Source: a virus (Duplodnaviria; Caudoviricetes). From it: 34,025 nucleotides of DNA. The stretch is taken from IMG/VR virus record IMGVR_UViG_3300037458_000628, positions 1-34,025 of that record; one strand, written 5' to 3'. Shown one piece after another: positions 16,048-24,774 of this stretch. The notes below the pieces were generated by a model that was not told the origin of the DNA, did no database searches, and saw nothing but the letters and a program-made list of their open reading frames with translations. Each line of letters starts with the position of its first letter. Within the stretch, counting starts at the first letter, position 1. The translations under genes were made by a program, and so were the position numbers.

Positions 16048-16887
16048 GTGCCCACCTTCGAGGTCGGACAGACGATCACGTGGGGCCTGAAGACCTACGA
16101 CTCCGCGGGGGCGCTCGGCGACGTCGGCACCGGCCCGACGGCCACGGTGACCAAGCCGGACGGGACGACCACCTCGGCCGTGGTCACGAAGACCGCGACC
16201 GGCACCTATTCGGCGACGTACACCGCGAGCGCGGTCGGCCGGTGGCTGTGCCGCTGGTCCGGGTCCGGCCTGAATGCCGGCGGCCTGCCGTACACCGACC
16301 TCGCCATCGTCGGGGACTACTCCCGGCTGATCATCCCGCTCGGCGAGGCCCGCGCGGCGCTGAACCTGCCCGCGGGTCAGGTGGCCAACGACGACGAGGT
16401 GCGCAACGTGGTCGCGGCGGCCACGGAGGTCATCGAGGACATCGTCGGCCCCGTCGCGGGCGACACGGTCACGGACACCTTCTCCGGGCGCTGGCGCTAC
16501 GCCCTGCCGCTGACCCGCATGGCCACCGGCATCACTGAGGTCACCGAGGACGGGGTCACCCTCGACCCGCTGGTCGACTACGCCCTCGACGAGCACGGGA
16601 TGCTCCACCGGGGCACCTCGATCGGGTCGATGGCCTGGTCCGGCAGCGGGATCGCCAACGTGGTCGTCGAGTACACCGTGGGCCGGACGATCACGCCCGC
16701 GTCGGTGCTCGAGGCTGCGCGCGACCTCGTCCGGCACTTGTACGGCCGGCAGCAGTCCGGCCGCCCGATGCTCGGCTCGCTGGCCGATCCGGGCATGGTC
16801 ACCACCCCAAGCGGGTTCGCCGTGCCGAACGCCGTGCTGGAGCTGTGCAAGCCGCACCGGGCCGGCCGGGTGCCGGGGCTCGCCTGA
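16048..16887 (+). CDS. Head-to-tail adaptor with N-terminal Ig-like extension
   Basis: GAGGAGG-GTG; N-terminal TVTKPDGT...TGTYSA.Y..VGRW..RW; then LGEARAALNL...DDEV...VAAATEVIE gp6-like helix and VEYTVGR...P. Confidence 0.85.
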   Translation: MPTFEVGQTITWGLKTYDSAGALGDVGTGPTATVTKPDGTTTSAVVTKTATGTYSATYTASAVGRWLCRWSGSGLNAGGLPYTDLAIVGDYSRLIIPLGEARAALNLPAGQVANDDEVRNVVAAATEVIEDIVGPVAGDTVTDTFSGRWRYALPLTRMATGITEVTEDGVTLDPLVDYALDEHGMLHRGTSIGSMAWSGSGIANVVVEYTVGRTITPASVLEAARDLVRHLYGRQQSGRPMLGSLADPGMVTTPSGFAVPNAVLELCKPHRAGRVPGLA

Positions 16888-16888
16888 C

Positions 16889-17350
16889 ATGCCCAGCGCA
16901 GCACCGGCCGCCAAGGCGGCCCTCGTCGCCATGCTCCGCACCGCGCTCGCCGCCGAGTCGGTGCAGGTCACCTACGGCCACCCCGGGCTGACGGTCGTCG
17001 AGGACCTCGTCGCCGTGATGGGGGTGTCTTGCGAGCAGGCCCCCGGCCCGATGCGGGCCGGCCCCCGCCCCCGCGACGAGACGCTGCGGCTCACCGTGGT
17101 CATCTCCTGCTACCGCGGCGGGGACCAGCAGGAGGCCGCGTCCGACCGGGCGTTCGCCCTGCTCGGGCTGGCCGAGGACGCGCTCATGTCCGACCCCACC
17201 CTCAGCGGCACCGTCCGCTGGGCGCAGCTGGAGTCCTACGACCTCGCCGAGGCCGACGACCCGGACCTGATGGCCGCCGGCCGGATCGCCGAGATCAGCG
17301 CGGTGGTCCGCGCCGAAGCCCGCAACGAACCCACCCCGCCCGCCCCCTGA
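16889..17350 (+). CDS. Tail terminator-like neck protein
   Basis: DE...L.V.I...G.....DRAF.L....E..L.SDPTL.G.V motif; position before tail tube. Confidence 0.7.
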   Translation: MPSAAPAAKAALVAMLRTALAAESVQVTYGHPGLTVVEDLVAVMGVSCEQAPGPMRAGPRPRDETLRLTVVISCYRGGDQQEAASDRAFALLGLAEDALMSDPTLSGTVRWAQLESYDLAEADDPDLMAAGRIAEISAVVRAEARNEPTPPAP

Positions 17351-17365
17351 AAAAAGGAGCCGTCC

Positions 17366-17536
17366 GTGCCCCGCATCAAGAATGTCAGCCCGCTGGGCGA
17401 CCTCGACGTGCCCGACCTGCGCCGGATCGTCGCAGCGGGGGAGGTCGTCGAGGTCGACGACGCACTCGCCGAGGCGCTGCTCGCGCAGCCCGTCAACTGG
17501 GCGTCCGCGCCCGCCGCGAAGGTGAAGGAGGCCTGA
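17366..17536 (+). CDS. 56-aa protein preceding tail tube (not in ORF track)
   Basis: AAGGAG RBS, GTG; ..V.AGEVVEVDDALAEALL.Q..NW motif. Confidence 0.75.
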   Translation: MPRIKNVSPLGDLDVPDLRRIVAAGEVVEVDDALAEALLAQPVNWASAPAAKVKEA

Positions 17537-17537
17537 C

Positions 17538-18557
17538 ATGGCCGCACAGACTGACATCAGCTTCGGCATGAAGGTCGAGGGGTCCAGCACCTACGGCACC
17601 GGCGTGACCGTGGACCGCTTCTACCCGATCCTGCCGGACCCGTCGTTCAACTACGAGCATGCCGTCATCAACACGCAGGCGCTGCGGGTCGGCGGTGCGG
17701 GTGTGCCGCGGGCGGCGTCCCGGGCGCGGACCACGTCCGCCGGTTCCGGTGACGCCGAGTTCGAGCTGGCGACCAAGGGCTGCGGCGTCCTGCTCGGCGC
17801 CGTGACCGGCGGCACGCCATCGCACACCCTCGTGTCAGGGACGACCTACCAGTCGAACTTCACCCTCGGCGACCTGTCCTCCTACACGATCCAGCAGGGC
17901 CTCGTCTTCGCCGACGCCTCGGGCACCCGCGACCCGGTCACCTGGCTGGGCGCCATGTGCTCCGGGTTCGAGATCGACCTGCCCGAGGGCGAGATCGCCC
18001 GGCTGAAGACGTCGTGGGACCTGCGCGACTACGTGACCAACACCGCGTTCGCCACCCCCTCCTACGCGACCGGCACCCCCTACCACTGGGGCATCGCGGG
18101 CGTGACCGTCGGTGGCACGGTCACCGTGCCGACCACGACCGCGCTGGCCACCGGCGGCACCGGCGTGAGCAACGTGCGCAGCTTCAACGTGCGCGTCGAC
18201 CACGGCCTGTCCGGGGCGCGCAACAACATCGGCGCGGGCGGGCTCAAGCAGAAGCCCTACGCGGGCACGCGGGCCATCACCGGCACGATCGTCACCGAGC
18301 ACGACAGCGCGACGATGCGGGCCGCGTACAAGGCGGACACCTCGCTGGCGATCGTGCTGACGATGACCTCGACCGAGGCGCTGTCCACGGGCACCGCCAC
18401 CATGCAGGTCGTGCTGCCGGACTGCCGCCTGACCGGCCCGATGCCGACATCCGCGGGTGGTCAGGTCATCACGACCTCGTGGGGCTTCGAGTCGCTGAAC
18501 GACGGCACGAACGCCCCGCTGTACGTCGTGCTGCGCACCGCGGACACGGCCATCTGA
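17538..18557 (+). CDS. Major tail tube protein
   Basis: E..STYGT.VTVDRF, G..EFEL, SYTIQQG, ITGTI..E motifs; AAGGAGG RBS. Confidence 0.9.
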   Translation: MAAQTDISFGMKVEGSSTYGTGVTVDRFYPILPDPSFNYEHAVINTQALRVGGAGVPRAASRARTTSAGSGDAEFELATKGCGVLLGAVTGGTPSHTLVSGTTYQSNFTLGDLSSYTIQQGLVFADASGTRDPVTWLGAMCSGFEIDLPEGEIARLKTSWDLRDYVTNTAFATPSYATGTPYHWGIAGVTVGGTVTVPTTTALATGGTGVSNVRSFNVRVDHGLSGARNNIGAGGLKQKPYAGTRAITGTIVTEHDSATMRAAYKADTSLAIVLTMTSTEALSTGTATMQVVLPDCRLTGPMPTSAGGQVITTSWGFESLNDGTNAPLYVVLRTADTAI

Positions 18558-18560
18558 GCC

Positions 18561-19121
18561 GTGCAGACGCCCGGGGACGGCCAGTCGCTGCGCATCGAGT
18601 CGGAGGACCTCTACAGGCTGTTCAAGGAAACCCGCGACTTCGACAAGAAGCTGTACGCCCAGCTGCGCAAGGCGATGCGCGACGCGGGGCGGCCGATCGT
18701 CGACGACGTGCGCTCAGAGATCATGCGCATCCCGTCCTCGGGCAAGTACCGCACGGGGGTGCGCCGGTCGCTGGCCGCGGGCACGTCGGTCAGCATCGGC
18801 GCCTCCTCGGCGAAGTCCGCGGGCATCCGCATCAAGACCAGCCCCCGACGCCTGCCGCCCGGGAAGCGCAAGCTCGCCCGGAAGATGAACTACGAGTCCT
18901 GGCGCCATCCGGTGTTCGCCCGGGATACCGGCGTTCGCCGGGTCAGCAACCGACTCCGCAAGGCCGTCGGCGGGCAGGGCGTCCAGTCGTGGACATGGGT
19001 GGAACAGAAGGGCCGCCCGTACTTCGGCGTCACCATCGCCAAGCACTACCCAGAGGTCCAGGAAGGCCTGCGTGCGGCGTTCCTGCGGACCTTCGACCAA
19101 CTGCACAGGGGGATTGACTGA
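18561..19121 (+). CDS. Basic neck/tail-completion protein (HK97 gp10-like)
   Basis: LRK.MR.AG.PIV..VR, WRHPVF, WV.Q.GRPYF motifs. Confidence 0.65.
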   Translation: MQTPGDGQSLRIESEDLYRLFKETRDFDKKLYAQLRKAMRDAGRPIVDDVRSEIMRIPSSGKYRTGVRRSLAAGTSVSIGASSAKSAGIRIKTSPRRLPPGKRKLARKMNYESWRHPVFARDTGVRRVSNRLRKAVGGQGVQSWTWVEQKGRPYFGVTIAKHYPEVQEGLRAAFLRTFDQLHRGID

Positions 19122-19474
19122 TGACGCAATGGCTCGTGCTCGGTGAGAAGCGCTACCCGCTGGCCACGTTCGACGACCTCGAACTCGAGGACCTCGACGC
19201 CTGCGAGGAGCAGACCGGGCTCACCCTCGACGAGATCGAGACAGAGCTGACGCCCGGCCGCAACCCGATGAAGTCTCGCCGCGGGCGGCAGGCGTTCCGC
19301 GCAATGGTGTGGATGGTCCGCCGCGTCGCAGGCGAGGAGCTGACCGTAGCCGAGGCGGTCGCCGGGGTGCCGATGGGGTCGTTCGAGATCATCGACGACG
19401 CCGCCGCGGTCGAGGAGGACGAAGACGAGGACCCTACCTCGCCCGCTGGCGAGCCCGACGCGACCAGCGAGTAG
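19121..19474 (+). CDS. Tail assembly chaperone (G)
   Basis: Acidic 117-aa ORF just upstream of the tape measure gene. Confidence 0.8.
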   Translation: MTQWLVLGEKRYPLATFDDLELEDLDACEEQTGLTLDEIETELTPGRNPMKSRRGRQAFRAMVWMVRRVAGEELTVAEAVAGVPMGSFEIIDDAAAVEEDEDEDPTSPAGEPDATSE

Positions 19475-19659
19475 AGGCAAGCGCAGGTCGGGTCCTTGAC
19501 GGCCTGCGCATCCGGGAGCACGTCGAGCGGCGCATCGTCGTCGTGTCGCACGTCTGGCCCGGGATCACCCCCTGGAACGTCATGACCCTCCGACTGTCCA
19601 TGTGGCTGCGGTTCGCCGATGCCGCCGACCGTTGGGAACGCGAGAGGCGGGAGGACTAG
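19435..19659 (+). CDS. Tail assembly chaperone frameshift extension (T), -1 frame
   Basis: Open -1 frame with no clear RBS; WPGITPWNV..L...W motif; ends 3 nt before the tape measure gene. Confidence 0.7.
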   Translation, partial: YLARWRARRDQRVEASAGRVLDGLRIREHVERRIVVVSHVWPGITPWNVMTLRLSMWLRFADAADRWERERRED

Positions 19660-19662
19660 CCC

Positions 19663-21978
19663 GTGCGAGGCATGGACCTGCTGTTCAACCTGATCGGCAA
19701 GGACGTCTCAGCGTCGTCGAGCATCAAGGGCGTCGGCAAGGCGGCGCAGAGCACGCACACCGACATTGAGAAGACCCACAGGGGCATCGGGAAGCTCGGC
19801 GGTGGGCTCGGACTCATGGGCAAGGCTGCCATCGGGTCTGGTGTCGCACTGGCTGGGATCGCCTTCGGCAAGGTCGCTAGCGAGGGCCTCTCGATGGCGG
19901 CAACCCTCGAGCAGTCCGCTGCTGGTTTCACCACCATGCTCGGCTCGGCCGAGAAGTCGCAGAAGTTCGTCAAGGAGATGTCGGACTTCGCCGCCAAGAC
20001 CCCGTTCGAGTTCCCAGAGCTGGCCGACAGCGCGCAGACGATGATGGCCTTCGGATTCAACGCCAAGGACGTCATCCCCACCATGACGAAGGTGGGCGAC
20101 GCGGTCGGCGCCCTCGGCGGGACCAGCGAAACGGTCGACAGGGTCGTGATGGCTCTGGGCCAGATGAAGGCCAAGGGCAAGGTCAGCGGCGAGGAGATGC
20201 TGCAGCTGACCGAGGCCGGGATTCCCGCGTGGCAGCTGCTCGCCGACAAGATCGGCAAGACGGTGCCCGAGGCGCAGGAGGCGGCCCGGAAGGGTCAGAT
20301 CGACCTCGACACCGCCATGACCGGAATTATCGACGGGATGGGCAAGAAGTACGCCGGTGGCATGGAGGCCCAGGCCAAGACGATCACCGGCATGATGTCC
20401 ACGCTGAAGGACAACGTCGGACTGGCGCTGGCCAACATCGTCACCCCCCTGCTGCCGTTCATCAAGGACGCCATCGGCGCCGCGTCGGACTTCGCCGGCA
20501 AGGTGGGGCCGCAGATCGGCAAGTCGATGGAACGCCTCGGGCCGGTGCTCAAGACCGTCTTCGACTACATCAAGGACGCCGCCGCCAAGATCATCCCCAA
20601 GCTGGTCGAGTATTGGGGCAAGCTGCGGGAGGGTTTCGAGGAGGCCCGCCCGGGGCTGGAGAAAATCGCCAAGGTCCTCGGCGTCTTCGCCAAGATGATC
20701 TTCGAGAAGGTCGTCCCCGCGCTGCTGGACGTCGCTGGCAAGGTCGTGCCGCTGCTGCTCAAGGCGCTGGGCAAGTTCGGGGAGTTCCTGCCGACGATCG
20801 GCGGGGCCATGCTCGGCTTCGGCAAGCTGGCCATCACCATCTTCAGCCGCGTGTTCGACACGATCCTGGCCGGGGTGGAGTGGATCATCAAGGCCGCGTC
20901 GAAGATCCCCGGGCCGTGGCAGGACGAGATGAAGGCCGCCGCCGCCGCCGTCGAGGGCTTCCGCGACGACTCCAAGGTCGCGCTTGATGGCGCGGTGGAC
21001 GCGATCGAGGGCGCGGAGGACTCGCTCAAGTCGATGCGCGAGGAGGCCAAGCGCGACAAGACGGCCAAGCTCAAGGTCGAGAAGACGCAGGCCGAGCGCG
21101 ACCTCGCCGCGGTCAAGCGCCAGCTCAAGGACCCCGAGCTGACCAAGGAGCGCAAGGCCCAACTCAAGGCCGAGAAGAAGCAGCTCGAGCAGACCATCCG
21201 CGACGCGAAGACCGAGCTGGCCAGCATCAAGGACGAAGAGGTCAAGCTCAAGGTCAAGGTCACCGTGACCTCCGATGGCCGCGTGGTCAAGGTCGGGGTG
21301 CCGGGGAAGCCCGCGTACGCCGGCGGCATGAACTCCGGCGTCCCCGGGGGCCTCATGGCCGCCACGATGGGCCGGGGGAGCCCCGGCGCAGTGTTCGGCC
21401 AGTGGGGTCCTCGCTGGAGTTGGAATCGCCGCAACGGCCGGGGGCAGCACGACGGCGCGGACATCAGCGCGGGCTTCGGCACGCCGGTCTACGCGACCCG
21501 CTCGGGCCGGGTCATCGCCGCCCGGTGGATGGGGAACTCGCACTGGGCCGGGAATCACGTCATCTGGCAGTCCGGGAACACGCGGTTCATCTACGCCCAC
21601 CTCAGCAGCATCGGCAAGTCCTCAGGCGCGGTCGGCCCAGGCTCGTACTTGGGGCGTGTGGGCCGAAGTGGGAATGCCTCGGGCCCGCACCTGCATATCC
21701 AAGCCTCGCGCGGCGGCCGATACGTCAACCCGGTGTACGCGCTCGCCTCCGGGGGCATCGTGCGCCGCCGGCCCGGGGGCACGTTGGCCGTCATCGGCGA
21801 AGGCCGCTACGACGAGGCCGTCGTGCCGCTGCCCCGCGGCAGGGCCTCGGTCGGCGGGGGCGACGTTCACATTCACATCCACGGCGGGCTCGACTCGGCC
21901 GACACCATCGCCCGCCGGGTGCAGACCGCACTGCTCGACCTGAAGCGGCGCCAGGGCGTCGCCCTCGGGCTGGCCTAG
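19663..21978 (+). CDS. Tape measure protein with C-terminal M23 peptidase
   Basis: F.TMLGS..FAAKTPF..ALGQM.AKGKV..EEM.QL.EAGIP domain; amphipathic repeats; HDGAD, YAHL and GPHLH M23 motifs; ASGGIV...IGE..EAVVPL. Confidence 0.95.
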   Translation: MRGMDLLFNLIGKDVSASSSIKGVGKAAQSTHTDIEKTHRGIGKLGGGLGLMGKAAIGSGVALAGIAFGKVASEGLSMAATLEQSAAGFTTMLGSAEKSQKFVKEMSDFAAKTPFEFPELADSAQTMMAFGFNAKDVIPTMTKVGDAVGALGGTSETVDRVVMALGQMKAKGKVSGEEMLQLTEAGIPAWQLLADKIGKTVPEAQEAARKGQIDLDTAMTGIIDGMGKKYAGGMEAQAKTITGMMSTLKDNVGLALANIVTPLLPFIKDAIGAASDFAGKVGPQIGKSMERLGPVLKTVFDYIKDAAAKIIPKLVEYWGKLREGFEEARPGLEKIAKVLGVFAKMIFEKVVPALLDVAGKVVPLLLKALGKFGEFLPTIGGAMLGFGKLAITIFSRVFDTILAGVEWIIKAASKIPGPWQDEMKAAAAAVEGFRDDSKVALDGAVDAIEGAEDSLKSMREEAKRDKTAKLKVEKTQAERDLAAVKRQLKDPELTKERKAQLKAEKKQLEQTIRDAKTELASIKDEEVKLKVKVTVTSDGRVVKVGVPGKPAYAGGMNSGVPGGLMAATMGRGSPGAVFGQWGPRWSWNRRNGRGQHDGADISAGFGTPVYATRSGRVIAARWMGNSHWAGNHVIWQSGNTRFIYAHLSSIGKSSGAVGPGSYLGRVGRSGNASGPHLHIQASRGGRYVNPVYALASGGIVRRRPGGTLAVIGEGRYDEAVVPLPRGRASVGGGDVHIHIHGGLDSADTIARRVQTALLDLKRRQGVALGLA

Positions 21979-21988
21979 GAGGACTCGC

Positions 21989-22384
21989 GTGGCGACCAGT
22001 TACCCCGCCGGCATCGACAGCCTGCCCCGCCCGGCGGCGGATCGGCGGATGGATGACGGCATCTACAACGGCAGCTCCGTCATAGACAACCTGTCCGACG
22101 CGGTCGAGGCCATCGAGGGCGAACTGGGCACCGACCCCGCGGGCACCTTCGCCACGGTCAAGGCGCGGCTGGCGGCGATGGATGCCGGCATGCATGTGGT
22201 GACGTGGTCGGGCACCGCCTGGCGCTACCGGGGGGCGACGATCACCACCCGCCCCAGCGTCGCCGCATGGCCCGATGCCTACGTCTTGTGGAACACGTCG
22301 CTTGACGCCACCTACACGACGGCGCCGCCGCTGGCCATCGTCGGCGACCAGTGGCTGCCGCACGGCACCGTCGACCCGACCTGA
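21989..22384 (+). CDS. Minor tail/structural protein
   Basis: AGGAGG RBS; MATSYPAGID...N.L.DAVEAIE.ELG..P pattern. Confidence 0.7.
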   Translation: MATSYPAGIDSLPRPAADRRMDDGIYNGSSVIDNLSDAVEAIEGELGTDPAGTFATVKARLAAMDAGMHVVTWSGTAWRYRGATITTRPSVAAWPDAYVLWNTSLDATYTTAPPLAIVGDQWLPHGTVDPT

Positions 22385-22385
22385 C

Positions 22386-23822
22386 ATGGGCGACCTCTGG
22401 ATTCGCAACCAGACGGAGTGGCGGGACCGCTCCCGCGTCATCGGCACCGGCACCTACTGGGACTGGGACTCGGTCAGCAATCCGTGCTGGTCCTACTCCA
22501 GCGAGGCGGCGTGGCTGGGCCCGGATCGGCTCGGCCCGGCGCTGGCCGGCGCCACCGTCGTCCCCCTGAGCAGCACCGGCGCCGACTTCTACACCAAGGT
22601 CAAGAACACGATCGCCGCCGCATCCGGCCGGGTCGTGATCCAACTGGAGGCCGGGCGCTACACGCTCACCGAGTTCCGCATGATCGGCAGCAGCGGCGAT
22701 CCGAAGTACGCCTTCGGCCTGTGGGACGCCAACCTGCAAGGCTTCCTCGGCCGCGGGGCTGACCAGACGTTCATCGAGCTGGCGCCCGACAGCATGGACT
22801 CCACGCTGCTGGCCAGCATCGCGGCCATGGGCTACGCCGCCGCCGGCGGGTGGGCGGTCCTGCAAACCGGGGTGATGCGCCTCGACGGCGCCTCGGCCAG
22901 CTCGCCGATCATCCTCGGCGGCATCACGTTCCGCGCCGGGGACCAGCAGGACATTGCCGATTTCGACGCCTCGTTCGACACGGTCGGCGTGGCGGCCCCG
23001 CAGCCCGCCCCGCACATCGGCCTCGTGTTCTACCCCGGCGCGTACGTCTACATGTCGCACTGCCGCTTCCAGGCGTTCGGCCGGGCCGTCACCTCGGCGC
23101 CCCCGTTCGAGTGCGCCAACTTCAACAGCCAGCGCGGGCGAGTCACGATCTGGAACACCGAGAGCGACGGGCGCCTGAGCGACTTCTACGACGCCGCCCG
23201 CCCGGTCAGGTCGGCCGTGATGCTGGCCAACGACGAGTACAGCCATCGGCTCATCGAGTGCCACCTGCACGACTCCAACGTGTCGCGGTACGCGGTCAAC
23301 GACGAGAACTACAACACCCGCGGCGTGTACCAGTTTGTGCGGTCCATCGCTGAGCGCATCACGATCAACCGCAACACCGACCCCGCCCTCAACGGTGGCG
23401 CGTCGCTCGGCGGGTGGACGGACGCATCCTGCCTCGGGTGGGAGTCCTGCGCCGGCACCATCCTCCTCGAGGACTCGATCATCAGCATGGACAACCCGCG
23501 CACCGACAGCGGGCAGAAGCCGATGCATCTGCAACTGACGATGACGGGTGGCGTGACCCGGACCGGCGGCACCCTGACCGTGCGGCGGACGGAGTTCCGG
23601 TCAACCGGCCAGCCGCAGCTCGACGGGTGGCTGACCATGAGGCTCGACGATGCGACGCAGTGGTTCACGGAGGGCCCGGCCAACCGCATGTTCATCTACC
23701 ACCCGGTGTCCGGCGCCCGGCTGACGGCGCACATCTACACCGGCACCTGGCCGCCATCGGTGTCCGCGTTGGCGGCCCTCGGCGTGACCTCGGCCACGCA
23801 CTACATCGCGCAGCGGATCTGA
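22386..23822 (+). CDS. Tail spike / pectin-lyase-like beta-helix protein
   Basis: I.AA.G..VIQLEAGRY...GFLGRGADQTFI start-of-helix motif; tail tip region. Confidence 0.7.
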   Translation: MGDLWIRNQTEWRDRSRVIGTGTYWDWDSVSNPCWSYSSEAAWLGPDRLGPALAGATVVPLSSTGADFYTKVKNTIAAASGRVVIQLEAGRYTLTEFRMIGSSGDPKYAFGLWDANLQGFLGRGADQTFIELAPDSMDSTLLASIAAMGYAAAGGWAVLQTGVMRLDGASASSPIILGGITFRAGDQQDIADFDASFDTVGVAAPQPAPHIGLVFYPGAYVYMSHCRFQAFGRAVTSAPPFECANFNSQRGRVTIWNTESDGRLSDFYDAARPVRSAVMLANDEYSHRLIECHLHDSNVSRYAVNDENYNTRGVYQFVRSIAERITINRNTDPALNGGASLGGWTDASCLGWESCAGTILLEDSIISMDNPRTDSGQKPMHLQLTMTGGVTRTGGTLTVRRTEFRSTGQPQLDGWLTMRLDDATQWFTEGPANRMFIYHPVSGARLTAHIYTGTWPPSVSALAALGVTSATHYIAQRI

Positions 23823-23832
23823 GGGGGCCACG

Positions 23833-24771
23833 GTGGCACTGCGACGGAACACGTTCGACGGCGGGACCGCCGGCACCGGCGTCACGGTCGCCTCGTCGTC
23901 CTCCTCGGGCGACCCGTTCACCGCGACCGAGTCGAGCAACCTGACCTACAGCACGGCGGCGGCGACGCACGGCGGCATGGGCGCGATCTCCAACTCGTCC
24001 GCCTCGCTGGCCCACGTCCGCTGCTCGATCACCGGGTCGAAGAACGTGGCCGCCGCCGAGCACGTGCGCGTGAACCCCGCGGCGACCAGCGACGTGCACA
24101 TCCTCCAGTTCGGCACCGGTGGCTCCTCGTTTGTCCGCGTGGCGTCCATCCACGTCAACGGGGAGAACAAGCTCAGGCTGTCCGACGCGACGGGCACCGC
24201 CCCCGGCGTGTGGACCGCCACCGATGCGCTCGACGCGGCGAAGACATATCTGGTCGAGATGTACGCCGCGGTCGGCACGACCACCGCGAACGGGGCGCTG
24301 ACGGTCAGCTACCGCGAGGTCGGCGCCACGTCGGCGATCGAGACCTCGACGGTGAGCAGCCTCGACCTCGGCACGGTCAACCTGACCGACATCAACTTCG
24401 GCCGCCGCACGGTCGTCGCCAACGTGGTGTCGATCGACGAGGTCCGCTGGGACGACGCGGCCACCGGCGTGCTCGGCCCGCTGGTCGACCCGCCCACCAT
24501 CGACATCGACACCACGACCGCGGTCGCCATGGTCGACGCCCGCGGCTCCACCGGCGCCGGCACCCTGACCTACTCCATCGCCCCCAGCACCGGGGTCACG
24601 GAGCCCGTGGACGGCCTGTTCCTGATCCCCCAGGCCACGTCGCCGGTGGACTACACGATCACCGTCACCCAGTCGGGCGTCGGGTACACGCAGGTCGTGT
24701 CCGTGCCCGCCGCCGGTGTGGGCGACACCCGGCCGAGCATCTTCGTGCTGACGGCCGGCGGGTGGTCCTGA
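23833..24771 (+). CDS. Minor tail protein
   Basis: NTFDGGT.GT.VT N-terminus, beta-rich, IDEVRW motif; GAGGGGG RBS. Confidence 0.75.
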   Translation: MALRRNTFDGGTAGTGVTVASSSSSGDPFTATESSNLTYSTAAATHGGMGAISNSSASLAHVRCSITGSKNVAAAEHVRVNPAATSDVHILQFGTGGSSFVRVASIHVNGENKLRLSDATGTAPGVWTATDALDAAKTYLVEMYAAVGTTTANGALTVSYREVGATSAIETSTVSSLDLGTVNLTDINFGRRTVVANVVSIDEVRWDDAATGVLGPLVDPPTIDIDTTTAVAMVDARGSTGAGTLTYSIAPSTGVTEPVDGLFLIPQATSPVDYTITVTQSGVGYTQVVSVPAAGVGDTRPSIFVLTAGGWS

Positions 24772-24774
24772 CCC

